Source of the DNA: Paraspadella gotoi
Taxonomy: Eukaryota; Animalia; Chaetognatha
NCBI GenBank assembly: GCA_051294375.1
Contig: JBJCIZ010000358.1
Location: 1 to 64,000 of the forward strand
Length of the DNA stretch: 64,000 bases
Direction: 5' to 3'
How positions within the stretch are numbered: the stretch's first letter is position 1; the number at the start of each line of letters is the position of its first letter. The position numbers and the translations under genes are program-made. Under the pieces are notes generated by a model. That model had not been told where the DNA came from and did no database searches. It worked only from the letters and a program-made list of their open reading frames with translations. This document shows positions 26,100-39,340 of the stretch, in pieces.

Positions 26100-26800
26100 A
26101 TCACAATTCAATCATCACTCGCTCTCAAGAGGATGAAATGGACAAGTATAAGTTGTGTGTTGGTCATACGTTCCACAATAGATGCAAACAAGTCTCTCGG
26201 TAGTAGGATTTTTAGGCGGAGCATTAGGAACCCTTGTAATCGGCGTCGAGGTGAAATCAATTTTGGAAACTGCTGGAGACATAGTTTTTGATTGACAGAA
26301 GGCGACGATGACGACGTTGACGACGCATCTGCCTTAGTCTCAAATGGTTTTGGGATTTCTGCCGACAAAGAGGAATTAGCGCACTTATCTTTTGGTTGCA
26401 TCCATTATTGGCTTGAAGTCGTTGTTTGCCTTGGCTTTTCCTTGGCCTCCGTAAAGGCATCATGAAGCGTAGTATGGTGTAGGCCTTTTGCGACACAACG
26501 ACGCTCAGAATTGCGCGTCATGTCCCGCTCGCAAACAGCGGAAGCACCTTTTATGTTCTTCTACAAAATTTTTTTGAGTGATGGGAAACGCACTCCGGTA
26601 ATCGATATACATATAGAGAATGGATGATTCTGCTCGCATATGAGACATTTTACAATTTGAATTTGTTGAGTTCACGAATGGCGATTTTGGTACCGATGCA
26701 GTCACCGGTGGAATGGTTGAAGTGGTTGCCGACATCGTTGCCGGCGGAGTTGCCAACGCAGTCGCCGACGAAGAAAAAGGAAGTCGCCGTCGCGGTGATT
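26100..26800 (-). mobile_element. BEL/Pao retrotransposon gag remnant
   Basis: KRCFRCLRAGH followed, across a frameshift, by RCVAKGLHHTTLHDA. This is the Cys/His knuckle cluster ending in HHTxLH typical of BEL/Pao gag. Confidence 0.7.
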
Positions 26801-26857
26801 TTCGATTTTTGAATTTTTTAAACTTGCATAATTTTTTCAACTTGCATAATTATGAAA

Positions 26858-27000
26858 GTTGACCAAATTATGCTAGTTGACCAAATTATGCCAGTTCATC
26901 AAATTATGCCAGTTCATCAAATTATGCCAGTTGACCATATTATGCCTGTTGACCAAACTATGCCATTTGACCAAATTATGCCATTTGACCAAATTATGCG
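26858..27000 (+). repeat. Tandem array, 8 x 18 bp (GTTGACCAAATTATGCCA)
   Basis: Units counted directly; a variant of the GTTGAAAAAATGATGCAA satellite. Confidence 0.9.
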
Positions 27001-27156
27001 CACCTACTGGTAATGATTGATAGATCATTTGATTTATAGATTTTTACATAGATTTATTAAGAAGTCTGTTATGATTTGTTATGTTACAATTTGTTATGAA
27101 CTGTTAAGATAAAAAATTGAAAGTAAAAAAAATTACCATGATTTATCATCGGATAA

Positions 27157-27184
27157 GTGGGTTCGAATCCCACCGCTGCCACCA
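27157..27184 (+). other. 28-nt copy of a mature tRNA-Leu 3' end including CCA (PBS-like on the - strand)
   Basis: GTGGGTTCGAATCCCACCGCTGCCA-CCA equals the T arm, acceptor 3' strand and CCA of eukaryotic tRNA-Leu. No 5' half is present upstream, so it is not a tRNA gene. Confidence 0.85.
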
Positions 27185-27503
27185 CAACGAAGGAAGTAGG
27201 CGTAGTTTATTAATGGGAGAAATAGGAGGAGTTTTATTGGCATAAGAACACGTTGGGATGATGATAATTAATATACAAAATATGTAGATTATGCAGAGAA
27301 AAGGCAGGCAATAAACAATATAACAAATAGTCCATAAGGAGTTTGATGTTTGTTTCTTGAAGGTAAGTTGAAGCGTGATCAAGTTCCCTCTCCCGTTTCT
27401 CTGCCATCAGTTTCCTGAGTGAAGCCTCCTCTCTGATTGGTCAATCAGAAGAAAAGACGGAGAAGCCAAGAGAGACAAGCCACTTGATAATCCATTCTCT
27501 GCA
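27185..27503 (-). mobile_element. LTR-like segment preceding the tRNA-Leu PBS
   Basis: On the - strand: CCAAT box, two AATAAA signals, then TGGTGGCAGCGGTGGGATTCG. The canonical terminal CA is not evident. Confidence 0.5.
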
Positions 27504-27506
27504 TTG

Positions 27507-27547
27507 TTATCGTAGGCAGATCCGACATTGTTTGCCTCAAACTTGTT
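27507..27547 (+). mobile_element. HINE family A 3' terminus
   Basis: ttatcgtaGGCAGATCCGACattgtttgcctcaaacttgtt. Confidence 0.8.
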
Positions 27548-27574
27548 CTTCTTTTCACTTGTCCTAACTTTTTT

Positions 27575-28060
27575 AGTCGGATCTGCTTATCAGCAGATCC
27601 CGACTATATAATTCACTTTGTTGGTCCGTCTGTCCGACCCCTCAATCTTGTCGGTCATAGAATTAAATCATGTCAGAACATCGAATTATGAAAAATTAAT
27701 GCAAAATGTCTGTCTGTCCGTCCATCCACCTTAGCAAAAAACTCCAATTACTCTTGATTGGATGGATGGATTGTAATGAAATTTTTGTGTGTAGTTAGTA
27801 AAGTGTGTGATTGTGCTGGATATAAAGTTATGATGGAATGAGGAGTGGAAATTAGTTTGCATGAAAAAAACAAAGTCAAGCTGACTTGAAATTTTTATTA
27901 TTTAGGCTTCCTCATAAATTTTTGAATTAATTAAATGAAGTGAAAAAATGATGCAATTTGAAAAAATGATGCTAGTTAAAAAACTGATGCTCGTTGAAAA
28001 AACAATGAAGGTAAAATAATGATGCAAGTGGAAAAAATGATACAAGTTGAAAAAATAATA
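27575..28060 (+). mobile_element. HINE family A 5' part with satellite units
   Basis: T-run, then AGTCGGATCTGCT-tatc-AGCAGATCCCGACT hairpin, (GTCY)n microsatellite, and about six 18-bp units at 27940-28055. Confidence 0.8.
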
Positions 28061-28699
28061 ATTGTTAAAAAATTATTTGTTTGTACCATAGTAACAGTTC
28101 AGTTTAATCCCTTGCAAGCGATTTACATGAATTGGCGCTGCCACTACTTTGGTATGTTACGATCTGTTATGTCAAAGGAAAATAGATTTTAAAACATAAC
28201 AAATACTCTGTGAGAATTGTCGCTTATTCTCAAGTGGACAATTGTCTGATGTTTCGCTTGTAACAAATTGTCTCAACGTCACTCACCAAAGAAAAGTTGT
28301 ATATGACACAATGAAAAATGGCGTAACGTTACTGTTCCGTGCATAAAAAAAATTCACTGTTCAATATTATTATATTTCTTTTTATTTTTTGAAACGTTAT
28401 AGTTTCATATGTTGATATCCAAAATATCAATACAAAATCTTTTTTTGTTTTTTAGATATGACTGAATAAAGGGTGAAAGATGATAAATTTTTTTAAAAAG
28501 TCACTTATTCATATTTATTCCTAGAATTGGGATCTTCACTTGTTTTGCAGACAGTGGTATTGTTGGGTTTCAGAACTGTTGTTTGGAGGTTTTTTCAGGT
28601 ACTTTTCGTGTTTTTTTTGTTTTATTCTTTTTTAACTAACATAAATTCGAGCGAGAGTGAATGTTTTTTTCTCTATAGAAGCTAAGCATAATTATATTT

Positions 28700-28957
28700 G
28701 TTGGTTTTGTGTTTGGTTTTTTTTATTTTTTTTTTTTTTTTTTTTTTTTTTCTTTTTTTGGTTTTTTTTTTTTATTGTGTGCTCAAGGAATGGGAGCTTA
28801 GATTGGAGGAGGACTGAGGCTATCGACCGGAAGGTTGTTGTTTGAAGGGTGGTGATAGGGGAACATTTCGGTCGGTGAGGAAGAGCAAAGGACATGTCGA
28901 TGTCAGAAAGGGGGGAGGTGAAGGCCGGGATCCAGAGAAACAGAGCGATACGGGTTA
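28700..28957 (-). mobile_element. 5'-truncated poly(A)-tailed retroposed insertion (LINE/SINE 3' end)
   Basis: About 180 nt of GC-richer sequence ending cacacAATAAA and followed by about 70 nt of A-rich tail on the - strand. Confidence 0.55.
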
Positions 28958-30289
28958 TGAAAAAAATATAAAAAATAATATTACCAAATAGTTAGTAATA
29001 TGTCTCAAATAGATGGAAAAAAACCTCATTTAAAATTCGATCGGGAAGTGGGGTAACTAAGGCTTACCAATGGCATCCTCAACGTCGATTGTTCTCAAAT
29101 AATTATTTTTTATTTAATACATTTGAAAGGGAAAAAAAGAAATATTCAGAATGCAGGTTGTAAAAAGGGTACAGATAATCTGGACTTACTGACATGATAA
29201 CCATGACCTTTTATATCTTGTGAAATGAGGGCAGTAAAGATATCTAAAAATTTGATCATTAAGTCAGTCAATGAACCCTTTCCAATAGGCTATTACGAGA
29301 AATTTTTTTTTTTTAATTAAAATGGATGATAAATAATAGAATTAAATTCTTTGCTATATTTAAAAAAAAATTATCAATACAATTTAACACAATGATGTCT
29401 TGCTTTGTCAAATATATTGCCAGCTATATAAATTTTTTAAAACTTTATTATGATAAACAAGCAGTGTGTCATGCCGATTTTTTTTTCAACGACAAGAAGG
29501 TAGATGTCCAGACTGTTTATATCAAGCTGAAAACATTTTTGTATTTATCATTTTTGATATTTAAAAAATACATTTTATCAAGCTACAACATAAATTTTTG
29601 CTTGTTTTTTACTTTAACTTAAAAATATAAGCAGTTTTATGGAATAAAGAAAATTTAATAATAATCAAAATGTAATTCAGTCTTACCTTTTTAAAATTAC
29701 AAAAGAAAAGTAAAAAATTTTCATATGCCTTCATTGATATTTTTAAAGCAAAAAACTGTTATACTTTAACTCTGATTTAAACAAAAAAACTGTGTAAAGA
29801 TTTTATGGAATTAATTTATAAAACTTTTTTTAGAAAGGTGTCCATAATTAGGGCTTTAATTTGATACCACACCCATCTTGCTACCTCTTTTCTTTCAAAA
29901 GTTATTTAAAAAAAAATAACTTTTTTCAAAACTACGCAGTACAAATCTTTGTTAAATAAAAATTTCGGCAAAGCGGGAGTATCTCACTTATTTCTATTGA
30001 TATTATAACTTAAATTTTAAAATAAAACTTGAAGAAAATTTTTTGTCATTTAGAGACATATCACTTTCAGATATACCCATCGTATAAAATTGATTATTTA
30101 TTTCCCCAAAAAGCTATTAAAAAAGTTGAAATTTTTTTCAAATTGTGGAAAAAAAATTTCCTCCGACTTATCTCATTGAGAATAATGGTTTGCATATAAA
30201 ATTAAAAATTCAAAAAATAAAAAAATCAGCCTCTAGAAAAATCGAAAGGCTAGAATTGCAAAATTTTTTTCCTAACTCGAAATCCATTA

Positions 30290-31690
30290 TTTAGACGAGA
30301 ATCTTGCTTAAAAAAAAATTCAACATTTTTCTAATAGAGATTTCCGTTAAATCTGACTACTCGAAATTGCAAACGAGATTTCAGAAATTCGGGTAAAAAA
30401 CAGTTTAAAAACACACGATTCCGATAGCGTTATATCTTAAGAGCTAGCCAAATTCGTCTTTGCCATTTGATAGGATTTAATATCAAACAAGCCAGGGGAA
30501 ATGCACTAGTCATCTCGGTGAATTTTCAAACCTTGTTTTTAACTATAGAAATGAAAGGGAAATTTGCTTTTAAAAAATTGTAAACGGGGCTAGGGTATGT
30601 AACATTATAAATATTACTTCGAATTTTGAGATTTAGAAAGACCTCTTGTCTCAAGAGCTTGCCAATTTTTCTTTTCATTATTGACCAAACTCTTCATAGT
30701 AAACCAACGTTGTAAAGTCCATTGGTCTGGTTTGACAACATGAAATTTTTATTATAATAAGAAATTAAAAGGAAGGTTGAGAGAAAAAACTGATTTTTCC
30801 TGATATCTCTTGAAGGAACAAAGATACAGGGATGGCAATAGTACCAAAATGAAGCCATAATCATTGCAAGGATTACAAGTTTACAATATTTAGAATTATT
30901 TTTTGCATGAAACCTCTTTACAGGGTGAGTGTCAAACTAAGTCAAAATTATAATGAATTTTAAAAACTAATGAAACCCATGAAAATAAATGAAAATTAAA
31001 TTCTTTTTAGTGATTCTGAAAGAAAAAAGGCTAAATTGTACTATAGTAACTATTAAAGTTTTTTGGATAAAGAAAATATAATTTTTTTTCACTGATATTA
31101 CAAGCATGCTTACAAAATTCCCTTACAGAATCCTCAGTTACTCCTTCACTCCCATACTACAACCAGCTCCGTAACTATTATATTCTTTTCTCGTTGTGAA
31201 AAGATAAGAATGTCTGTTGAAGCCTGTGCAGAGTTAAAATATCTTAAAGATTCGCCTATGTTTATAATTTTACAATTGGTGAAATAACATTGACATTAAA
31301 GTGAATAGGTTGACGGTCTTCCAGCTTCCATTGTCAGTAAACATCCCTGTTCTCTAACATAACATAACGTTCAACTACTTCACTTTAATGTCATTTTTCA
31401 ATAATAAAATAGGCGAATCTTTTAATTATTTAACTCTCACAGGCTTCACAAGACATTTTACTTTCATAATATCCCAATGTTAATGTAATTCATTATATTT
31501 TTTTACCCAGAAATCATAAAATAACAGAAAGTTATGGATTCCCTTCGCTCGTTTAAGAAAAAAAAATTAACTAGCGGAATTATAAGTTTGTAAGAGGAAG
31601 TCAGAATCGGCGAAAATCTTAAAAGGCGAGAATGTTGAAAAAAAGGGGTGGAATTTTGATGGGTTTCCTAAGATTTCTCCACAATAGCGG
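30290..31690 (-). repeat. Interspersed repeat family R1 (unclassified non-autonomous element)
   Basis: Reverse complement of 47290-48480, 50840-52030, 60540-61120 and 62410-64000; shared blocks include ttttcgccgattctgacttcctcttacaaacttataattccgc and gcatttccctggcttgtttgatat. Confidence 0.85.
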
Positions 31691-32979
31691 CTTCCTACAT
31701 TATTCTCAAGTTTCAAAATATTTTTTTCCAAAATCATTCAATCAATTTCTTTTTATTAATTTAAAATGTTTTTATGATGTTGTTTTTGTTTGAAAGAATT
31801 GAAAAAAAGTGAAAAATATAGTAATTATATAAGGTTTTTGAAAATACCTTTAAAATATTAGATAATTAGACACAAGCAGAGAAAACTTTCCATTCATAAA
31901 AAAAATTAAAAATGAATTTGTCATATTGTTATTTAGATTAATTGACTAATTACAAACATATGATTCATATAAATTGAGGAAATGATGGGTAAAAATATTC
32001 ATCTTGGTCTCGGTTAACTATTAAGTTATCGTTAAAGTTTTGTTTTAATAATATTAATATTTTTTTGCATTTATAAAAGCAATGGTCTAAAATTTTGTAA
32101 GCGTTTCGAGCTATATTGCTTCATCTTTTTTACTATTTTTGATCTCGTTAGCTTTTTTGTTGATGGTCAATGGTTATGGTCAGACACAGTAATGTCCAGT
32201 AGTGTATATCGCACATATTACCAAAAGTAATAATCAATTAATTTGGCTCAGAAACAATTTTAAAGGGATAAAATCAGCACGAGACCGTCATTATTTTTCA
32301 TTGTGTCATATAGTAAAGGTTGAAACGTTTGAATTCTTTATAGAGATCCCTCGGAAACTCGTAAACACTTAATAAAACTAGCAACGTGAAAACGTTCGAC
32401 GTCGCGGCGTAACGAGGCAACTGCCTCTGATTTTTCCTTAATTTCAAACGTTAAAAAATAAGCCAGATATTCACTTTCTTCTTCGTATTAATCGTCGTCG
32501 TCGCAAATCGGGAAACTTGGGACTCGGATATCGAAATCTCTATCGTCGGACTCCCGCGTTGGATATTGTGAACACCAATACAATGATGTTTCATATAACC
32601 TATTCAGAGATAACGATTTCAAACACCGAATTTTTTTATGGCTGAATACACTGCGCCACGCTAATTTTCATCGTGTCTTACATAGGGATCGTTCATACCA
32701 AATTTCAATAAATTTGATCCAGTAGTTTTCTCGGAACGAGTTCTGGTCACAAAAATGGGGTACCTCATTTTGTAATATGTAGCCTTCTGTCTCACCAACA
32801 AGATCACCAGAAGATAATATGGCTAAACGCATGTTAACATTAATGAATTTTTTGTTTCCCCCCAAAAATTTAAAAGCAAACCTACCTACCTACTTACCTA
32901 CTACCTACCTATATAATTTAATTTGAACAAAATTTTTTTGAAAATCATTTGGCCGAGTGCTTAGCGCGCACAGTCATCG

Positions 32980-33420
32980 AAATATTTTTTTTACTCGGAA
33001 AAAGGGTGGTACATCATATGTTAATAAGTTTTCGTTTAATCTGTCCAGGTGTATCACAAGAACACTGTCTTATGATATCGGGTTGTAAAAATTATTTATA
33101 TCGGAGATATAAGGCTTTTCTTTTTTTGGAGCTCACTTTGTTTTGTTATTTGTAGACATTTTAATGATAAAAACCAAATTTTTTTTACTCATTGTCAATA
33201 ACTGGATAGTTTGCATGGATTGAATTATAAATTACTTGGACAGCATTTCACTGTATATAAGTTTTCAAATACTAGCCTAAAGTCTATATGGAAGCACGCG
33301 GAAGCATGGCCATTTCCACTGCATTTAATGATTCATCATATCAGGAAGCTACCATATTTGATTTTTTGTCCGCCGTGTCCGGCATGGTTAGTTATAACCA
33401 AATGATTTTTGAAATAATTA
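32980..33420 (+). repeat. Interspersed repeat, diverged copy at 42195-42630; preceded by (CCTA)n at 32881-32910
   Basis: Shared ctcggaaaaag, gatataaggcttttct...ctcactttgt and aactggata...gcatggatt blocks. Confidence 0.6.
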
Positions 33421-34439
33421 TTTTTACAAAAATTCGATACAACTAATTTATTTTGTACAATATTCTTTTAAAGGAAATTTTTAATTTAAAAAAGAAAAAC
33501 CTTAGTTCTTAACTAAAATAATTATAATTCGGAGAAAAAAAAATAAAAAGCAAAAAATGCTACAATAAGAAAAAGACCCCAGCCCACCACCTCCGCAATG
33601 CCAATTATCATTAAGATGTGGAGATTAGAGGCAAGTTGTTTGTCAATGTTAATTCATTTCTTTCATTGAAAAAGGAGTTTTTCAAATTTTTTTTTTTTAA
33701 CGTGAACTAATTATTCGTTAGAATTTTTGCCAAGTTAATTGCTAAGGTGAATTTAGGTATATCTAAGGTATATGGACTTTGACATCATTGTTTATTCTGC
33801 TTTGAATTCATTCTTATATCATATTTCTTATCATCAATTCCATAATCCTCTTTATTGGCATTGGTTTTTATGATGACGCCTAATTTTTGGGCCATGAAAA
33901 ATTTTGTAAGGAAATTTAAAATAATATTAAAAACTAGAAAGCTGCGATGGAAACTAAAAAAAATTTAGATACTTGATTAATTCAAATACGAAATTTAGTG
34001 TTTAGAATTGTCTCTTTACTGTTTTTACTATAAAAAATTCAGGAAACGATCTAAGAAAACCATGAAGAATTATTTTCTCTTTACCAAATTTAAAAAATCT
34101 ACAAACATATTTGCCATTTTATAAGTAACGAATAAAGTTTTTTAAATATAACTACTTATAATATAACAACCTACTAAAAACCAATCAAACTAATTGCACT
34201 ATCGCATAGTTTTTCTGAGAATAAAACTTCATTTCGATGACTGTGGCGCGCCGGATTTCAACGTTACAAAGAGGTTTCAGGTTCAAATCTGGCCGAAGTT
34301 ACTTTTTACCATAAGTTCTGATGTCCCAAAATTGGTCGTAGAGCGATGGCTTACCGAAGGGGGAGTCGCCATATGTGAACTCAATATCAAGACAAAAGCT
34401 CTCTTTTAAATTATCATTTGTACTCGAGTTACAGAGCTT

Positions 34440-34740
34440 GCCATCTCAGACGGATGCTACTGTATCCAGCTCAATCACCCACTTTCCTACCCACACACAT
34501 TCTAATTCAATCTAATCCAACCTTCCAATCACGAGTAATTGGAGTTTTTTGCTAAGGGGAGACTTATGGAAGGACAGATGGATGGACAGACATCATTTTT
34601 TTGGTTTTTTTTTGCTTAATTTAACATAATATGTTGTTCTGATGTGATGAAAATGATTTACCGACAAGATTTAGGGGTGAGACCGACGGACCGACAAAGT
34701 GAATTATAAATTCGGAATCTGCTGATAAGCAGATCCGATT
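34440..34740 (-). mobile_element. HINE family A 5' part (reverse orientation)
   Basis: ...ccgacaaagtgaattat..atctgctgataagcagatccga followed by an A-run, the reverse complement of the family 5' end. Confidence 0.8.
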
Positions 34741-35182
34741 AAAAAACAGTTAACGTTTATGTCGATGCAGTAAACCATGGCAATGCTTTCTTTCGTGTCA
34801 CTGGATTTGGCTAACGGGGTAAATTTGGCATAAAAAATTTTGCAGGAATCTAGAACTTTTAAAAATAATTGATATTTCTGGGAGAACTATTGCTGGCAAG
34901 ATTATTATACTTTTCATCAAAAGCATGGTTCAAGGCAGGAATCCGAGATTGTTCGCAATATGACTTAGATGGGGATGAGCATCGTTTCTAAACAACTCAT
35001 TGTTTTATATCAAATTTGGTAGCGTTTGATAGACAATTGCAAACATTATCTACATGCATAATTTCATCATAATCCGACAATCTGTTCAAAAGTAATCGCC
35101 AAAAAACAATCGCAAAAATCGCTCTTCAAACCGATCAACTTTTGGTTAAAATCGAGCTCCTTTTGATCCAACAAAGATTAGT

Positions 35183-37335
35183 ACTATGCGCAGTACTAAG
35201 TTTTAGAACCGGCGTACAGTGAGATCCTGGGCCTGAATTTTTCAAAAAAATCCCGCTCGGTTAAAAATATTTTTTTATTATAAATTAACTATAAAATTAA
35301 TTTTTTAAAAATTTATTTGAATATTAAAATAATTTAAAAGTAATTTATATAATTTTAAATAAAATAAAATTATTTTATAATAAAATATATATTATTATCA
35401 GATTATATAATAATAATAAAATAATAATAATAATTATAATTAAAAAAATAAAATTAAAAAATAAAAATTTATATTTTATTTATTATTATTATTATTATTT
35501 TATTATTATTATTATTATTAAAAAAATAAAAAAATTAAAAATTATTTTTATTTATTATATTTAATATAATTATTATATTTTATTAAAATTAAAATTTTAT
35601 TTTAATCTTATATTTTTTAATTATATCATAATAAAAAAAATTATTGCAGTTTAAAGAAATTAGTTAATTTTATTATAAAATATAATTTTTAATACATATA
35701 TACTTTTTAATATATAGTACTACCTTTCTCGGATTAAATAAAAAAATTTATTTTTAATATTATAATTATATTTATATAAATATTTTTATATATTATATAA
35801 AAATATAAAAAAATTTAAAAATTATTTTTCTAGCATTTGGGACTCACCAGCAACACTGTGCGACGATTTTTGTTTTTAATAAGTTTTTAAAGAGAGAGAT
35901 ATAACAAAAAAAGAAATTAAAGTTTAAAACTATGCGGCAGTACTAAGCTTTAGAAGCGCGAGGCGTACAGTGAGATCCTGGGCCTGAATTTTCAAAAAAA
36001 TCCCGCTCGGGTTAAAAATAATATTTTTTTATTATAAATTAACTATAAAATTAATTTTTTAAAAATTTATTTGAATATTAAAATAATTTAAAAGTAATTA
36101 TATAATTTTAAATAATAAAATTATTTTAATAAAATATATATTATTATCAGATTATATATAAATAATAAAATAATAATAATATATTATAATGAAAATAAAT
36201 AAAAAATAAAAATTTTATATTATTTATTATTATTATTATTACTTTATTATTATTTATTATTATTAATTATTAAAAATAAAAAAATTAAAAATTATTTTAT
36301 TTATTATATTTAATATAATTATTATATTTTATTAAAATTAAAATTTTATTTTAATCTTATATTTTTTAATTATATCATAATAAAAAAAATTATTGCAGTT
36401 TAAAGAAATTAGTTAACTTTTATTAATAAATATATTTTTAATACATATATACTTTTTAAAATATAGTACTACCTTTCTCGGATTAATAAAAATTTATTTT
36501 TAATATTAATTATATTTATATAAATATTTTTATATATTATATAAAAATATAAAAAATTTAAAAAATTATTTTTCTAGCATTTGGGACTCACCAGCAACAC
36601 TGTGCGACGACTTTTTGTTTTTATAAGTTTTATTGGACTTTTTTTAAATTTTGCATTATATTGAGAAAACGCTTTTGAATTAAGCCGCGCCTCTACCTGA
36701 TTTGAATAGTAAAAATCAATACAGTTTCTGCGTATAGTGTTCAAACTTGAAAAAAATGAAGGCTTGACATACTGCAGTTTTCACCTAAAAAACCAGTTCA
36801 TTTGATTGGGCTTTATCAAGGGCAATTAAGATTGCAATAATCTTTAATTTTCGCTTTTGTTATCATCTGTACGAGAAGGCTATAAGGTTCGGAAACTGTA
36901 CTGATATGTATGATTTGGTCTTTTTTCTCAAGAGCCAGGATGTTTTCTTGGAAAGGGGAAAACGGCCTGACCAATCCATTTAAATACCATTTTTTGGGCA
37001 TGATAAAATAGGAATTTCGATCGCGCTCTACTCCATTGGCTTCCCAAGACGCCAAGCTTCGAAATCTGCCCATATGACATAATTTTTTTTGGCCTTGACT
37101 ATGCAGTTTTGAATAGAAGTGAAATATAAAGGAANNNNNNNNNNNNNNNNNNNNNNNNNATTGGACTTTTTTTAAATTTTGCATTATATTGAGAAAACGC
37201 TTTTGAATTAAGCCCGCGCTCTACCTGATTTGAATAGTAAAAATCAATACAGTTTCTGTTAATAGTGTTCAAATTGAAAAAAATGAAGGCTTGACTATGC
37301 ACGTTTTCACCTAAAAAACCAGTTCAATTTGATTG
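35183..37335. repeat. Duplicated blocks near the 25-N gap (35183-35880 vs 35930-36630; 36632-36815 vs 37160-37335), likely assembly artefacts
   Basis: Both pairs are near-identical apart from homopolymer-type indels; the first pair has an extremely AT-rich interior. Confidence 0.75.
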
Positions 37336-37461
37336 TTTTCAATCTTGATCGGAGCTTCGATTCGAACGATGCGCATCTCTAACTTAGAGTAGCCAGTTTA
37401 AATTTTTATTTTTCCCGTAACTTCCGCTTATAATTATTTTTGTTTTCTATTCGGTCTGCAG

Positions 37462-37663
37462 TCCCAACATCGCTGTCATGATCCTGACGACGATGAGCAC
37501 CAACACTTCGCCTTTAAAGTCTTACGAATTTTCTGCCACCGCCGCCTCTGAGTCAACTCTCATCAAACTACAGGCTCCCACTGCCGATCATCTCCCGCCC
37601 TTTAATCCTATTCTCCCGCCATCGGCTATTTCTCAAATCTTGCTTTTGGCTAATCCCAACAAG
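37462..37663 (+). CDS. GGA: GGA penultimate coding exon (GAE domain core)
   Basis: Acceptor ctgcAG|tccc; (S)PNIAVMILTTMSTNTSPLKSYEFSATAASESTLIKLQAPTADHLPPFNPILPPSAISQILLLANPNK aligns to the GGA GAE motif KLQPPSGTELPAFNPI..PSAITQVLLLANP; donor AAG|GTAAGC. Confidence 0.93.
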
Positions 37664-37780
37664 GTAAGCAACCAGACCGTCACTTATCACAGTTATTTAT
37701 CACAGTTATTTATCACATATTCCGCCTCTGTCGGTCCTTCCCATATAGTTTAGTAAGTCACATCATTTTAGAACAACTTA

Positions 37781-37821
37781 ATTATCGTAGGCAAATCCGA
37801 CATTGTTTGCTCAAACTTGTT
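37781..37821 (+). mobile_element. HINE family A 3' terminus
   Basis: attatcgtaggcaaatccgacattgtttgctcaaacttgtt. Confidence 0.75.
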
Positions 37822-38529
37822 ACTCATAATTGCAGATAATTATTCTATTTATTCAGAGTTGCATAGATGAACTGAGAAAAAAATTTGTGTGTGGGGAAGA
37901 AAGCTTGTCATTAAGCTAGCTATAAAGTTTCGTTGGAATCGTGCAAATGAAAATGAGTTTTAATAGAAAAAACAATTCACATTTACATTTACTTAATTTT
38001 ATTATTAAAGTGTCGGTAACGTGACCTGTGACTTTTATTTTTATATTTCTTTCCCTCTCTCTTTTCCCTAGTCACTGATTCATAGTAGTGCCTGAATCTA
38101 GATTCAGATTTTCAAAAAACTTTCAAAATATAATCAGAACTATATTTAATGGAAATTAGTTATACAGCAGGTGGACCAAGTATGCTTAAAAGGTTAGTAA
38201 TAAAAATCGAGTGACTCGAATATGCAAATGAGATTAATGCGTCATCGTACGGTTGAATATAAGGCAAAAAAGGGCATAAACAATTTATTAATTATTATTT
38301 TTTAAAAAACAATGTTTTAATAGTTCTTTATGGGAATTCTGTATAATAAAAAATATTTTAAAAAGCTAATTTATCTAACAATATTAACATAATTATTGGA
38401 TGTAAATATATATGTTTTACTTCTTTTTTTTATTAATTTTTTTTATGAAATAGGTTTAACCACTATTTTTTTTTTTAATTTTGAAAAAATATTTAGCAAA
38501 AATATAACTTTTTTAAGAAAAAGGGCCAT

Positions 38530-39340
38530 TCAATTCAACTTCAAAATAGGCTGAAATGGAGTACATAATGCCAGAAAGCTGAGCTCCTGGCGATTCCGAA
38601 AATGTATTCACTTTATACATTTGATGCATTCTACCCATTTATATCGGTTTTAATTATATATATAAAATAAAAGAAACCTATCTGAAGAGTTGCAGTCAAA
38701 TGAAAAGGCCAATGCATCTGATATTTTTTATGAATTTTTATTACTGAATTAAGAAAAGTGTAATAGAGAGACATTTTTAAATTTCAACTGTATCCCTGAA
38801 AATGAAAGTTTTTAAACTTCAACCGAATTCTTTCTAACTGGAAGTGTTTATCAAAATGTCTCTCTATTACATTTTTACAAATGTTTTTAAGATTGCTAAT
38901 CAAATTTTTAATTCAATATTATTGCAGTCATTTAGGCTGCAACTCTTCAAATTCAGTGTAGATTCATTGTAGCTCGAATTTCTTTACCATCTATTTAACT
39001 GAAGATTTTGTTCATGACTGGAAAACCAACAGAGTAACGAGATAATTGTTTAATTCTCCCCTTCTAAACTACCCCATAGCCGTGTTTTTAACTTCTTAAC
39101 GCTAGGAACTTTTTAACAACCAGATTGAAAAAACAAATCTTTAAAAAATGTGCTTACCATTTAACTTAACAATTTTGTTATTTACCGCATTTAAAAAATT
39201 TATTGAAAACAGAATGTTTACATATAATAAGAACTTATTTTTTTGTGATAACTGATGACTATAATGTATTTCTCGATATATTAGCTCTAACAAATAAATG
39301 ATTACGTATTGTTATGCTGAATACCTTTCCTCTTAAGGTC
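38530..39340 (+). repeat. Interspersed repeat R2; inverted copy at 42810-42999 plus 45714-46345, split by the hAT insertion
   Basis: cagaaagctgagctcctggcgattccgaaaatgtattcac and following blocks match the reverse complement of 45714-46345, then of 42810-42999. Confidence 0.85.

Noticed and set aside
26858-27000. CRISPR-like array
   Set aside because: Head-to-tail units with no unique spacers, no cas genes, and a eukaryotic context.
27157-27184. Functional tRNA-Leu gene
   Set aside because: Only the 3' 28 nt are present and they include the post-transcriptional CCA.
28299-32312. 20-bp inverted match (tatatgacacaatgaaaaat) as the TIRs of a 4-kb element
   Set aside because: The match could not be extended to defined termini or a TSD.
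35183-36630. Biological tandem duplication or mitochondrial control-region-like AT-rich repeat
   Set aside because: It is near a 25-N gap, the copies differ by read-type indels, and no mitochondrial genes are adjacent; most likely assembly overlap.
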